Below, piece by piece: positions 11,508 through 25,231 of a stretch of 64,000 nucleotides of DNA (within the stretch, counting starts at the first letter, position 1; each line of letters begins with the position of its first letter). Origin of the DNA: Eledone cirrhosa (taxonomy: Eukaryota); NCBI GenBank assembly GCA_964016885.1, contig OZ024741.1, positions 165,850,001 through 165,914,000 on the forward strand. Direction: 5' to 3'. A program made the translations under genes and the position numbers. The notes under the pieces are model-generated. The model was given only the letters and a program-made list of their open reading frames with translations, did no database searches and was not told where the DNA came from.

Positions 11508-14500
11508 TCATCATCATCATCATTTTACGTCCACTTTTCCCTGCTTGCAAGGGTGGGACGGGTCTTATTCAGCACAGCATCTCTCCACTCATCACGGTCC
11601 GTCGTGATCTCCACCGTGAGCTTCAACGTCCTGAGGTCTGCTCTCACCACCTCCGCCCATGTTTTTCGTGGTCTACCTCTACCACGTCTTCCTTCAACTG
11701 GCATTTCCTGGCACTTCTTCACCCATCGGTCATCCTCCATACGCATCACATGTCCATACCACCTCAGTCTCCTCTCCCGTACACTACATTCTATCCCTCT
11801 CAGACACAGTTTCTCTCTCAACACATCCATGCTGGGTCGTTCACGTACATTTACATTGCACATCCAACAGAGCATGCTTGCCTCATTTCTCTCCAGCCGT
11901 CGCATATCGTCTGCTGTTGCTGCCCATGTCTCACTACCATGTAGCATCGCGCTCCTCACACAGGCATCATACGACCGGCCTTTCGTACACAGGGAGAAAC
12001 CCTTCTTCGTCAGCAGAGGAAGCAGCTCCCTAAACTTCTTCCAACCCGTCCTTATTCTAGATACTATGGCCTCGGAACACCCTCCTCCCATGCTAATCGG
12101 ATCTCCTAGGTACCGGAAGCTATCCACCAGTTCTATAGCACCCTCCTGCATTTGAAAAGTGTGTCTATCAATGCGACTTCTACTGTCTAATTTCCCTGTA
12201 CATCTACTGCATACATATTTCTCCCTACCTGTTAGTTTACGTGCTATCCCACTACATCTCTTGTGTACCCAGGATCTGCATTGTGTGCATTTTATAGAAT
12301 TTATGCCAGTTCCTTTTCTGCATATTGAACATGGCCATTTCCCTGACGGAATCAGAGTTTTGTCTTCTTTTATACTCATCAACACTTTTGTCTCAGCTAG
12401 GTTCACTCCCAGTCCTCTTGATTCCAACTGCTGTTTCTTGATTCCAACTGCTATAAGAACCAGATCGTCAGCATAGAGAAGTTCCCATGGACAGCCAATC
12501 TTAAACTCCTCTGTTATGGCTTGGAGGACTATAATGAACAAGAGCGGGCTGAGGACCGAACCTTGATGTACTCACTAAACTCCATTCCTACCCTGACTTT
12601 ACTGAGAGTACCTTGGTACAAAGTTTGCACTGTCCTCACAAGCCATTCCTCAACACCTAGTTGCCTTAGGGACCACCAGATGACAGATCGGGGTACCCTA
12701 TCAAAGGCCTTCTCTAGGTCAACAAAGGCTAAGTATAGTGGTTTATTTTTCTCTAAGAACCTCTCTTGCAATTGTCTCACCAAGAAGTGGGCATCTGTTG
12801 TACTCTTCCCAGGTACAAAACCAAACTGCATCTCATCTAGTTTGACCCTTTCTCTAATTAGTTGTGCTAATATCCTTTCTGCCACTTTCATAACCTGATC
12901 CATCAGTTTTATACCCCTATAATTGCTCCTCTCCAGAGCATCCCCTTTACCTTTGTAGTAATTTATGAGAATACTGCTGCACCAGTCTTTGAGTATGACA
13001 CCACCATATATAGCCTGATTGATGATGCGTGCAACCAGTTTAGTGCCTACATCCCCTGATGCCTTCAGCATCTCAGCAACTATTCCCGATGGTCCAGCAG
13101 CCTTACCATTTTTCATTTCCTTAATCGCCTCTTAGACCCTATATTCGTCAATCTCAATAGCTGGTCCCTCTGTCGGATCTACAAAGGGTAATTTCTCTCT
13201 CCCATTCGTTCTCCACATTCATCAGTCTCTCATAATGACATTTCCAGGCCTCCTTTTTCTGATCATTCGTGACACTAAGTACACCGGCCTCACTCGGGAT
13301 ACATTTATCTCCAACAACATCCTGATTTGCAACACACTGCCTTGCAATGTGGAACACTGCACGCCTCTGATCTTCCCGTCGCAGAACATTGGAAAACCTC
13401 CTACTCTCAGCCTCCCTGCGTGCTAAGTACACCTGACGTCCAGCTTCTCTCTCAACGGCTGTATATTCTTCCCTACTCCCACCCTTTTTCCAAGCCTTCC
13501 ATGCTAGTCTTTTGTCTCTAATGGCCTTATCTACTGTGCTGTTCCACAACCAGGTCACTCTCTGTCTGGTTGGAGCTCTGCTCCAGCCACAAGTTTCATC
13601 AGTAGCCTGCAGCAAGTTGTCACGTAAGAAATTCCAGTTATTATCTATGTCATACGTCTCTAAATCGTTTTCTTTTTCGTCATATACATCTTGAAGGGCT
13701 TTCCTAAATTTGTATTTTAGTGAAAGGTCTTTTAGCTTCCAGACCTTTCTTCTCCACACCTTCCTATATGTCTCATTCCATCTCTTGCTTACTGAGATAT
13801 CACTAACGACTAACCTATGCTGTGGATTACATTCTTCCCCAGGGTATGCCTTGGTATTAGAAACTATCTGCCTGTCCCGCTGCCTAACTAGTAAGAAGTC
13901 AATCTGGCTTATGTGCTCGCCAGATTTGTAGGTTATTAGGTGATTGGCAGGTTTCTGGAAGTTTGTGTTGCAAATAGTCAGTGTACTTGCATCACAAAAT
14001 TCAAGAAGTCTCCCTCCTTCTTCATTTCTTGAGCCTTAACTATGCCCACCATGTACCCCAGTGTAACCATCCTGGAGCTGTCCAACATGACCATTGAAGT
14101 CCCCTGCTAGCATAACGATGTCTCCGTCCTCTGTTGTTGCGGTTGTTTGTAAAAGTTGCTCGTAAAAGCAGTCTTTCTCATCTTTGCCTAGGCCTGCTTG
14201 GGGAGCATAGGCAGAGATGATTGTAAGTAGTCTCCTGCCTACAACTAATCTAAGCTTAATTATTCGATTACTAACTTGAACTACCTCTATTGTCTTATTG
14301 ATCCATCTCTCAGCCAGGAAAATGCCTACTCCCCCCTAACCCATCATCCTTACCTACCCAGAAAAGCTTATAGCTAAGATGTTTGCCTACGACTAGTCTC
14401 GCAGAGGCACCTCTCCATCTCACCTCTTGCACGCAACACACATCCACATGCCTTCTCTCCAGCATCTCTGCTATTTCAGCAGATCTACCTCTGAGAGTGC

Positions 14501-14730
14501 CAACATTAAGTGTTGCAACTCTGAGATGCGACGTCTTCATATTTTGTTGTTCCTATTTGTTGCTGTGCTGATAAGCGTTTTGGCATTGATACACTGGTTG
14601 GATGCCCTTCCTAACACCAGTGCCACTTTGCAGCATGGACTGGGTGCTTTTATTTGTGCCACCAGCACTAGAGAGGATGTCTTACTAGACTCAAGAGCCC
14701 TCTCTACCCCTCCATTTTACAGCATGGTCA
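11508..14730 (-). mobile_element. Near full-length RTE LINE (APE endonuclease + RT), frameshifted
   Basis: LRVATLNVGTL/CVQEVRW (APE), GKAAGPSG, YKGKGDA, FVDLEKAFDRVP, LLYADDL; short 3' end plus (GAT)n; TTAGGAAGGGCATCC motif upstream of the ORF. Confidence 0.96.
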
Positions 14731-14994
14731 TAAAAACAAAAAAAAAACAAAAAAAAACACTTATTGACACAACACGCACACACACACCAACACTCATACA
14801 TACAAACTACAGACACACACGCCACTCAGACACCAACACTCATGCATACAAACACACACACCACTCACATACACACATATATATATATATATTACCGGCA
14901 GTATTGATACAAAATCAAAATCATGTCAATTGTTGACTTTTCCCAGTCCAGTTCAGTTTTTATATAATAATAATAATAATTGTTTGCTTTACGC

Positions 14995-15255
14995 TAGTAA
15001 TGGTGGTGGTGGTGGTGATGGTGGTGGATGGTGCCAGTGATGGTGGTGGTGGTGGATGGTGTCAGTGATGGTGGTGGTGGATGGTGTCAGTCATGGTGAT
15101 GGTGGTGGATAGTGTCAGTGATGGTGGTGGTGGTAGATGGTGTCAGTGATGGTGATGGTGGTGGTGGTGGATGGTGACTGGTGGTGGTGGATGGTGCTAG
15201 TGATGGTGGCGGTGGTAGTAGTGGTGGTGGTGAAGGTGGTGGATGGTGGTGATGG
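14995..15255. repeat. (GGT)n-rich low-complexity minisatellite
   Basis: GGTGGTGGATGGTGTCAGTGAT units. Confidence 0.9.
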
Positions 15256-15339
15256 CTTTATATATATAATTAGGCTGTCACTTTCTTAAGTGCACACATG
15301 TAAATTTACGTGCAACATATCCACAAGCATGCATCCTCA

Positions 15340-15371
<32 letters not shown>

Positions 15372-15375
<4 letters not shown>

Positions 15376-15698
15376 CACCCCGTTCTATGTAAAGTTATGT
15401 TGGTGCCGCGCCATCCAGGCCGAAACAAATGAGATCGTGTAGGTGTCACGACAAAAAAAAAAAACACACAGTCCACACTGTAATGTGGCCGTGTAGGCAA
15501 CACGGTAAAAACCTCCCAGACCCACACTGTAAATGTGGTTGGTGTTAGGAAGGGCATCCAACTGTAGAAAACCTGGCAGACAGTCCTATGCGAGCAAGAC
15601 AATCACTCTTGCCTCAAGTGGGACTACCCCCGTCCAAACCCATGCAAGCGTGGAACACGGACGTTAAACGTTGATGATGATGATGATGATGATGATGA
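15372..15698 (+). mobile_element. Bipartite RTE-derived element / RTE 3' module
   Basis: Near-identical reverse complement of 5633-5948. Confidence 0.88.
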
Positions 15699-15775
15699 TA
15701 TACTGAATATATTCGTATAAAAGCCAACCCCCTATTTTATGTCTGAGAAATAGGCAAAAGTCCAAACACCATACA

Positions 15776-16320
15776 CAAGGGGGCTTCAAAAAGTTTGTGG
15801 AAAAAGTACATAGTTAAAAATCATATGAAGGGATTTTGATCTCAATGCACCCGTACGTCCTCGTACTAACATGTCATAACATGTTCTAGCATGAACTCTT
15901 AAGTGCATGTTGCAACGTGGCTGCGCCAGTCGGAAGTCAGCACCTGATCAAGCAGCATGGCCTCTATCAAAACATCAGGTTCATGGTGAAGCTAGGTTGA
16001 AAGAGCAGCCAAATCATTGATGCACTGGAGCAAGTTTATGGGGGCAATGCCCCAAAGAAATCAACAACCTACAAATGGATAAGTCATTTTAGAAGTGGAA
16101 GAGATGAGGTTGAAGATGATCCTCAGTTGAAGATGTAAAAAAAGCTGCTTGGACATGGATTAAATAGCACGGCCCTCAGTTTTACACAGATAGACTTAAA
16201 GGCTGGTATCAAGGTTTGCAGAAGTGTATTGACCTAGATGGAGCATATGTGGAAAAATAAACATAACTTAAACTGCTTTTTCCAACTATCTTTTTTCCAC
16301 AAACTCTTTGAAGCCCCCAA
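15776..16320 (+). mobile_element. Internally deleted Hsmar2-like (irritans subfamily) mariner
   Basis: TIR GGGGCTTCAAAAAGTTTGTGGAAAA; N-terminal NIRFMVKLG*K...NAPKKSTTYKWI and C-terminal GWYQGLQKCIDLDGAYVEK* fragments. Confidence 0.85.
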
Positions 16321-16520
16321 GGCAGGTAATCTTTTGAAATTCTCATTAGTGGAGAATATATTTATGAAGTTTTAATATTTTGCTATTCAAAATGTTTTAA
16401 GTGTCATTCAGAGTTAGTTTTTATTTCACAACTCCATTACAATATAATTTTTTAATCAATTTCCAACCGTTTTGAAGGTCATATTCAATCAAAACATATC
16501 AAAAACAATACGAATTCCAT

Positions 16521-16617
16521 GAAAGTGAAGCTGATGTAATATTCACCTCCAAAGTGAAACTGGTGTAATATTCACCTCCAAAGTGAAACTGGTGTAATAT
16601 TCACCTCCAAAATGAAA
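16521..16617. repeat. 29-bp tandem repeat, about 3 copies
   Basis: AAAGTGAAACTGGTGTAATATTCACCTCC. Confidence 0.9.
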
Positions 16618-16736
16618 ATATTTTAACACATTTTTTATGTAGAATTTTGATGTTGGGGAAAATCGGCAAAATATTGACCTTGAATATAAGCAGATTTTTT
16701 TGTCACATATTTCTCAGCTTATATACAAGTGTGTAT

Positions 16737-17040
16737 ATCATCATCATCATTTAACGTCCATCTTCCACGCTAGCATGGGTTAGACGGTTTTGTTCCATCT
16801 GATGCGGGAGTGGTCGGGAGACCATGTCTCTGGCAGGTTTTTTACATCTAGATGCCCTTCCTAACACCAGCCACATTTACGGTGTGGACTGAGAGCCTTT
16901 TTACCATGTCTCTTACACAACCACCTTACAGTGTGGACTGTTGTGTCATCGACACAGTGGATGGAACAGGAAAGGGAGGATGGGGCAGGGTGTGGGGGGT
17001 GGGGTGTACATTGGGCTAATATATATATGTGTGTGTTGAC
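16737..17040 (-). mobile_element. Bipartite RTE-derived element with long flanking duplication
   Basis: CATCAT tail; TTTTTGTCACATATTTCTCRGCTTATATACAAGTG on both sides. Confidence 0.8.
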
Positions 17041-17076
17041 TTTTTGTCACATATTTCTCGGCTTATATACAAGTGA

Positions 17077-17181
<105 letters not shown>

Positions 17182-18175
17182 AATTGGCAGAATTGTTAGT
17201 GCATCAAATGAAATGCTGTTAAGGTCAACTTTGTCTTTCATCCTTACGTGGTTGATAAAATAAAGAAACAATCAAGTACTGAGGTCAATATAATTGATTT
17301 TCCTCTTCTCCCAAAAGTTTCTGGTTGTGTGCTTATGACAGAAACCACATATACATTTATATGTGTTGGTCACCATTGATTCCAACAATAACTGTTTCAG
17401 TTGTTTGATCAATGGGATAGCATTGGATTGATGTACATTGTTTTATGTTCAGGTTAAGGCAATTGGCAGTCTTATTTCCTCATATATTGTCAAAACTGCA
17501 TCCTAGAAAATACTTCAGTCATGATCAACTACTGTCCTGAGACAAAGCTGAAGTAATCTTCAGATTACTGCTTATATATATGGGACGGTGGTGGTAGTGC
17601 TGCTACTGCAGCTCACATAAATATCATAGCCTGCCCCCAAAAGAGTGAAGGCACGTGTCCTAGTGGTAAGAGTATTGGACTTACGATTGTAATGTTAAAG
17701 GTTCAGTTCCTGGGCTGGTTGCACGATGTGTTCTTGAGCAAAACACTTCATTTCACATTGCTCCACTATACCCAGCTGAAAATGAGTACCAGCAATAGCT
17801 GGGGATTTAACCCTGCGATGGACTGGCGTCAGTCACGTCACATGATGAAACTGGAATAAGCACCGGCTCAAGACGCTGGCTTGCATCACACGAGGGCATG
17901 CATGCACCCAAAAGAGGGCATTTTTACATGCAAACTAAATCACCAAAACATTGTATAATGGACCTCCATTAGTTTCATTACATTAGTTTCATTAGTGTAT
18001 TCCAGTTGTTTGATGAAAAGAATGGCCAACTCATGAAAAGAATGGCCAACTCATGAAATTAACATGTAACTGACTGAACATTCCAGTCATGTCTATCCTT
18101 AACATAATTCTCAGGGAGAAACAGCAAGCAAACAGCCACAGGAAACAAGTACCACCAATCTCTGGGAGGGCCCTG

Positions 18176-19058
18176 CTACCTAGGTGACCGAATTAGCAAC
18201 GGAGGTGGGTGCTCAGAAAGTACAATAACTAGGGTAAGAACGGGATGGAAGAAGTTTAGGGAACTACTACCACTGCTAGCTGCAAAAGGCTTCTCCCTCA
18301 GAATGAAAGGCAGACTGTATGATGCGTGTATCCGAACAGCGATGTTGCATGGTAGTGAGACCTGGGCGCTGAAGGTGGAAGACTTACGTAGATTAGAGAG
18401 AAACGAAGCCTGCATGCTCCGATGGATGTGTAACAGTAATATACGTGAACGACAAAGCATAAATGAATTGAGAGAGAGACTGAGCATAAGAGGAATCAAA
18501 TGCTGCGTGCAGGAGAGGCGGTTACGCTGGTATGGACATGTGATGCGTATGAAGGATGACAGCTGCATAAAAAGGTGCAGAGCACTAGAAGTTGATGGAA
18601 ACCGCGGAGTGGGGAGACCCAAGATGACTTGGGATGAGGTGATAAAAGCCGACCTTACCCAACTACACCTCTCAAAGTCAATGACACACGACCGTGACTT
18701 CTGGCGTCACGCAGTAATACAGGGTACCCGACCTCCCATGGGTACATGCTGAAGCATATAAACAATATGCCCCCCCCCCCCCCCCACCGCAAGGTGGTCG
18801 TGGAGGTGCCACGGCAAAAAAGCACCCAGCCCACACTGTAAAGTGGACGTGTAGGCGCCACGAAAAAGCACCCAGCACTCACTGTAAATGAGGTTGGTGT
18901 TAGGAAGGGCATCCAGCTGTAGAAATCAAGCCAGATCAGTTCCTGTATGAGCAAGGCATGGTCAGCCGACCAGACACTGCCCACAACAGGACAACCCGTC
19001 TAACCCATGCTAGCGTGGAAGAACGGACGTAAAACGGTGATGATGATGATGATGATGA
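18176..19058 (+). mobile_element. 5'-truncated RTE LINE with long 3' module
   Basis: ORF 18303-18752 (RT C-terminus: LHGSETW, RRLRWYGHVMRM), then GGAAGGGCATCC module and (GAT)n. Confidence 0.93.
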
Positions 19059-19260
19059 CTCAGCATGATACAAGTGTGGTAAGGTTAGCCTTCTGAATCA
19101 AAAGTACAACTATTTTATTTCTAGTCATGTGGACTGGAGCAATGTAAAATAAAGTGTCTTGCCTAAGGACACAACATGCTGCTGAGAATTAAATGCTCAA
19201 CTTTACGATGGAGCCAGACATCCATATAAATATATGTATGCAAACATATTTACATACATA

Positions 19261-19800
19261 CATCATCATCGTCGTTTAACATATATCTTCCACGCTAGCA
19301 TGGGTTAGACGGGAATTGTCCCACTTGAGGCAAGATTGATCGGGTGACCGTGTCTCACTCATATAAGACTGTATCTGGTAGGTTTTCTAAGGCTGGATGC
19401 CCTTCCTAACATCAACCACATTTACAGTGTGGACTGGGAGCCTATTTACCGTGTCTCCTACATGACCATTTTACAGTATAGACCACTATATATTTATCAT
19501 CCTCATCACCCTTCAACATCTATTTTCATTTTTTTTTATATGGGTTAGACAGGCTGTCACGTTATGAGGCCAATCAGGTGAGGTGATCATGTCTTGCTCA
19601 TTTGTTGTTTTTGACTTCTTTGGTTGGATGCCCTTCCTTAATGCCTACCATTTCACAGCATGTGTTGGGAGCTTTTTGATAAGGCACCAGTCTGACTCCC
19701 TTTGAGAGTAGACTGGGTGCTTTTTGTTTGGAAACCAGTATAACCACTTTACAGGGTTGACTGGGTGTTTGTTTCCATGGCACCATTCAAAGCATGCAAG
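19261..19800 (-). mobile_element. Two adjacent bipartite RTE-derived elements
   Basis: CATCAT tails at 19261 and about 19497; GGATGCCCTTCC cores. Confidence 0.7.
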
Positions 19801-20188
19801 CATAGAAAAGAGGATGTAAAAACAATGATGATAATTTATATATATATATAAATTATATGTATATATATACATTCACTTATATATATATACATACTTTCAC
19901 TTAATTGTTGCTAAACAAATTTAAAATTTGTCCGGTTATCACGGCTATTACCAATATAGGTTTGTTTTTATTGATTTATTATTTTAAATCAAGACAGGCA
20001 AACCGTATTATTTTAATTAGTATTTTTCAACCTAGCTAACTTGGTAATTTGCAATGCGAACACATGTATACTTGTATCAGTGTTTATCCCTATCATATAT
20101 TCATTTGTATTACATGGCTCAGAAATATTCCTTTCTTTGTGCTATTTAATTGTAAAAGACTATTTTGAGTTTATAACTCTATATATAA

Positions 20189-20235
<47 letters not shown>

Positions 20236-20269
20236 ATATGTATGTATCAACCCGTCAAAGGGCAAAGGA

Positions 20270-20600
20270 GCTCTTAAGAGTCAATGGCCATCCAAAATCA
20301 CTGGGAGAGATGACCCCTTAGCCTTTGTCAAGACAGAATTCTAGGAGAAGGAAAACTCTGATATAACACCTGCAACCCTGATGGTATCCAATGATGTTGA
20401 CTGGTTCTTCTTTTTGGTAAATATCATCTTGGTTAAGAGTGGGACTGGCTTTGTGCAGTGCCTTTGCTCACTATAAAAGCTTCACGGCACAGGCATTGCT
20501 TTATATCTGGAGATCTCTCTGCACTTGTCGTCACATGGTACCATGGGCCCAGCACTATGTGTCAATAATTGTCACAAGTGTAGTGTTTGTACCAGAGTTT
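20270..20600 (+). mobile_element. Retroelement 5'-region-like fragment (family of 55476-56000 and 62205-62393)
   Basis: Shares AAGAGTCAAYGGCCATCC and TCTAGGAGAAGG. Confidence 0.55.
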
Positions 20601-20881
20601 TCAAGTTGCTGGCTGGACTCAGAAGTCACACTCATTCAGCGCATCGGTAGGAGTTCTCCTACATGGATATAAAGTAGTGGCCGTACTCGAAAACGAGTTG
20701 GCAGCCACCATGTATCAACCTAATATATTCCTTCCATATACTGTACCAATTGTGTTGTTATTTTTGTTTACCTTTTACATACATACATATACATACATAT
20801 ATATATCCAGGAGACTCCAACCGTGAAGGTTGCATTTTTTCAGGGTATGTCAATATTTATTTATAAAACTAATCTATATTA

Positions 20882-20947
20882 TATTTTATTTGATGAAAGT
20901 GCACCATAATCTGCCTTGGTGGCCCTTGAAATATGTATAATGAAATA
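20882..20947 (+). ncRNA. Hammerhead motif, family A, with C3-to-T core change
   Basis: TATTTTAT-TTGATGA-stem II-GAAA-TATGTA-TA-ATGAAATA. Confidence 0.7.
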
Positions 20948-20985
20948 AATATGGTTTTATAAATATAGTTTCCATTTGTTAATAT

Positions 20986-21018
<33 letters not shown>

Positions 21019-21020
<2 letters not shown>

Positions 21021-21180
21021 GTGGTTGGTGTTAGGAAGAGCCTCCAGCAGTAAAAGCCATGACCAAATTTACAGTCCCATCGGAGCAAGGCGTGGTGTGG
21101 CCAATTCTGGCCAGACTTGTCTCTCGACGTGGATGACCCGTGCAAGCATGGAAAACGGACATTAAACGGTGATGATGATA
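21019..21180 (+). mobile_element. Bipartite RTE-derived element
   Basis: GGTGTTAGGAAG core and GGACATTAAACGGTGATGATGAT tail. Confidence 0.7.
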
Positions 21181-21513
21181 TATATATACTAGCAGATTCT
21201 GATTTTGAACAGCACTACTACAAGTTTGACAGATGTAAAGTGAAATTTTTAATAATGCATAAGTCACAAATTCTTTATACAAATATTCAACCTCTTCACC
21301 GGAGTGTTCCTTCTTTTTTTTATTCGTACACCTATATAAATGGTACACTAGGGTGTTCCATTTTTGCAAACTATTCGCCAATCATCTCATGCCGGTTACG
21401 CCTGTGTTTGTATTGATGAATTAACGATATATGCTAAATTATAGGTCAATCGAATAATATTTGGGTTCACATCTTTTTATTTACACTGATTTTTTTTTAT
21501 CTACCCTGTGGTA

Positions 21514-21672
21514 TACAGGTAAAATTCCATTATAACGAATTTTCCAGTGTAACAACATTTTTTTCAATCCCCGAGGTAATAAACATTTGGTTAATCTCAT
21601 TATAAAGAATTTTTCGTTACAACAAATTTTTTTTTATACTCGTGAATTTCATTATAACGGAATTTCACTGTA
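21514..21672. mobile_element. Tigger/pogo-like MITE
   Basis: TA-CAGGTAAAATTCCATTATAACGAA ... TTCATTATAACGGAATTTCACTG-TA. Confidence 0.7.
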
Positions 21673-21833
21673 TTGTCCTTTCTGTCCATTTTACTAAATC
21701 CAATAGGGAAACCACATGATATAACTAAATGAAACGAATACATTCTAAATATACAATAATATTGGGGTTGAATAGAGAAACACTTATGAATGAAATTTAT
21801 AACCAGAAATAACATTTTGCAAATATCTTGACT

Positions 21834-22196
21834 TACTCTCAGGTCTTGAATAATCCTTCCCCCACCGCACTTATCAATTTTTCAATTTTTTTCCAATGAA
21901 ATTTTGCTAATCTATCTCCAGCGAAATTTTATTATAAGGGATTCATATCGATACAGCAGCTGGAGAATCTAATAATAATTTTGTTTTACATTAATATATT
22001 ATATTAACTGGGTAATTGCTGGCCTTGTGCCAAAAGAAGAAACAATTAATATATTATATATGACAAAAAAAGAACATTACAAGAAATCCCATATTTACAA
22101 ACGTACACTATACAATTACCGATTCCCCACCACCACTTATAAGAATTTAAGCAAATATCCAACCCCCCTCCCTATATTATTTGGGACCAGAGAGTA
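21834..22196. mobile_element. TA-flanked MITE (family also at 40823-41154)
   Basis: TACTCTC...GAATAAT / ATTATTTGGGACC...GAGAGTA termini. Confidence 0.7.
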
Positions 22197-24439
22197 CATG
22201 GTATAAGCTTAAGTTTTTCTTTCAACAGAACTATCTTATGGACTTAGCCATCCGAGCTTGGTGGTAAACTCCTGGGACCAAGATAGAGAACTGGGGAGAT
22301 GGCCAGCCACCAAGATAGAGAAGGGAGAGCTTTATGAACCTAGCATAATCTTCTCAGGGATGATCTCCAGAAAGCAGTACAGTCAGTACGTATTCAACCA
22401 TCTCCTCCCTCTTTTACTTGTAAAAATCTTCCATCCAGGATAGTTTGATAATAAGACATTGATGGGGTCCCAATGTTTCTGGAACTTGTTGAATATTGGG
22501 ATAGTGGGAGCAGATGATGGCAAAAAGATCTCAAAGACTTTCTTCAAAACCAGTTCAAGAATGCGATGTTGGCAAGCCAGCCGCAAGAGAGATTTTTTTT
22601 AGAGCTGCTCCTTGGTGCATACCGGTGTTACTGGCAGTGGTGTCGAAGGAGATACCAATCATTCTATCCTTAATTTTGAGTCCTTGAACAACTTCAATGG
22701 CTTGTTGTCCGGTTCCATCTCTCACAATAGAAACACCTAAAAGTTCCCCCTTTCCTTTTCTTGAAACTAAAACTGCAATCTGATCTTCGAGTGTGCTAGA
22801 TCAGGAAGCCAATAGTAACAACAGAATTTATTTTCAGATGGGAAAACACATAACTCGATTTCCTGCACCATCATTTTACAGTGACTGGTTTTTGCTTGAT
22901 AATTAGTTGAGGAGGAAATCGAAAGTTCAGACACATCATGACCTCTGCTATTGTGATGAAAGAAGTAATTGCTTGTTATACCAATAGCTTCTCTGGTTCT
23001 TACGTGGCAACAAGAGTGACATCGACAGTTGGCTTTAATTGTGGTGATATTCGGGACAGTACTGACTTGAAGATTTCATCATCATCATTATCATCATCAT
23101 CATCATCACTAACAGCTGAGCTGGATGACAAACTTTCAAGAACTACTTTCTCGGACATCTTCTTGACTTCTTCATCCTGCTTTCTCTTACTTACTTTCCT
23201 ATCATGAATCTTCTTTTCCTTCTGAATGGCTCTCACATGTTCTGTATCAACACCAGCCATGAATGAAAACATCTGATCTTTTTGCTGTGTCTCAAGGAAA
23301 ACTTTGTCTTCAGATAGGACAACCTTTCATTGGAGAATGTCCTGGTTTGCAATGTCCTTGAGATCACCTTTCCAAATTTCACAATTGCTTTGTCAGTCAT
23401 CCTTGATTTTTTCTTTTTTCAGTCCTTGATATTCTTTATACAACTTCTCAATTGAAGTGCAGATGTTTTTTTTCCATTTTGGAAGGGATATTTGCTTTTC
23501 CCCACACTTCCTGGATCTTCTGGTTAGTGTTCTTTATGGCAACTGAAATTGTCTCCCTATGTATGATGTGATGGTAGAAAAAACACAAGAGCACTTGTTG
23601 TTTAGAGGGGAGTCAAGTTTGAGGTAACTAACCCTTAGAGGGAAGTTGAGTTTGAGATAACTGTCCCTCAGGCTTTTTCTCAAGCCACTAAATGGCCTTT
23701 CTGGTTTCCATTTTCTTATTTAATGTAAAGCAAAATCAATCAACCAATTTTATTTTAATCAGCCTGAGTTCTTACATTTCTGAAACCCATTCAGGTAATG
23801 AAAAGCAAATAAGAAAATGATTTCATAACTTTATAACAGCAGATGGAACTTGACAAAAACCAGCAAACAAAACCAGTACTGAACCAACAATGCAATGAAC
23901 CTAAGAAACAACAATGTAATGAATCTTTCATTAGAAACTTATTGTTAACTCATTATCTTGTTGTATTATCAAAACAAATATCGAAAAGCTCACATCATCA
24001 ACATGATACCAAATACTTCTTTGTACAATGAAAACAAGTCACCGATGTAAAATGATTTATACATACTTAGTTTAAATTTATAGTTCATTTCTTTTTCATT
24101 TAGGATCTCATGAATGGTAGAAACGTCTCATGAGATACATGAAAATGGACAAAAAATGCGACCTGGTTACAATCAACAAATATTGAAGTAAAACTTTCAT
24201 TTTTTTGGCATAGTATTCAAAAAGCATGAAACTGTGCAACCTCTAAATATATCTGTATCTTCTCATATTTTTGCCTGTGAAGCCTTTTTGTGAGATAGAT
24301 TTATGGCAGCCAACACAAGATGTTTTCAATTAAAAAAAAAGGTTTTCTTATAATATGAAACACCCTAATGTACACACATACACACACAAACTATTTACTT
24401 ACTGAAAGAATTATAGCAAAACTAATTAGTTGCTGAAAT

Positions 24440-24880
24440 TGATTAGGGGATAGAATTATCCTAGATGAGGTGCAGTTCGGCTTCATGCCAAGAAAAAGTA
24501 ATACCAATGTCTTCTTCTAAGTGAAACAAATACAAAAGTACTTAGCTAACAGTAAGCCACTCTACCTAATAGGTAATGTTGATCTGAGGAAGGCATTTAA
24601 GAATGTTCCATGCTCCGTAGTCTCATGATTGCAATGAAGATTGGTTGAGAGTTAGCAATGAGTTTAGTGAGAAATTTAACCTATACATTAAGATTTAGTT
24701 CTCAGCCCTCTTCTTTTTATTACAGTTTTCCACGCCATAATAGGAGTTTAAGACTCACTGCTTGTGGGAACTCCTGTATACTGATGACCTAGTTCTCAGA
24801 TGAACTTGCAGAACATTTAAAGAAGCAATTTGACCTACAGTTGGAAGATCTCAAAACAAACTTAGCAAAAACTATGAGCA
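24440..24880 (+). mobile_element. Highly decayed RTE RT fragment
   Basis: LDEVQFGFMP, VDLRKAF and WELLYTDDL remnants. Confidence 0.75.
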
Positions 24881-25029
24881 AGACTACAATTCATTGAGGT
24901 CTAATATGATTGAAATATGTTCAGAATTGTCACCATACTCAGGGAAAAGTCAGACTCGTTCCCTACCACCACCACCACCACTCCAATTTTTAACCAGTTT
25001 GAATTTCTAAGATGTTTCCTTTGCCTTCC

Positions 25030-25231
25030 TTAACCCTTTAGCATTTAAATTATTCTATATTTACTATTATATTTTCATGGTAAAGGCTTTATCTCACATA
25101 ATATCGAATCTATGAGATTTTGATATTTATTTTGAGAACAATACCTTAACATCAGCATGAATGACCAGTTTGAACAGAAAGAATGAGAGAATTCTGGCCG
25201 GATATGGCCAGTTTAAATGCTAAAAGGTTAA
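25030..25231 (-). mobile_element. TTAA MITE
   Basis: TTAACCCTTTAGCATTT ... AAATGCTAAAAGGTTAA. Confidence 0.8.

Larger units (their letters stand above)
21349..24367 (-). mobile_element. Decayed hAT-superfamily (hATm-like) transposon with nested MITEs
   Basis: TIR TAGGGTGTTYCAT; imperfect 8-bp TSD TGGTACAC/ATGTACAC; fragments LPSKQVLLCFFYH, MAGVD, SFDTTASNTG, LACQHRILELVL. Confidence 0.7.

Noticed and set aside
11501-13931. Plus-strand ORFs overlapping the RTE
   Set aside because: Antisense shadows of the LINE coding sequence.
17648-17715. tRNA gene
   Set aside because: Degenerate tRNA-like head continuous with a SINE body; no intact cloverleaf.
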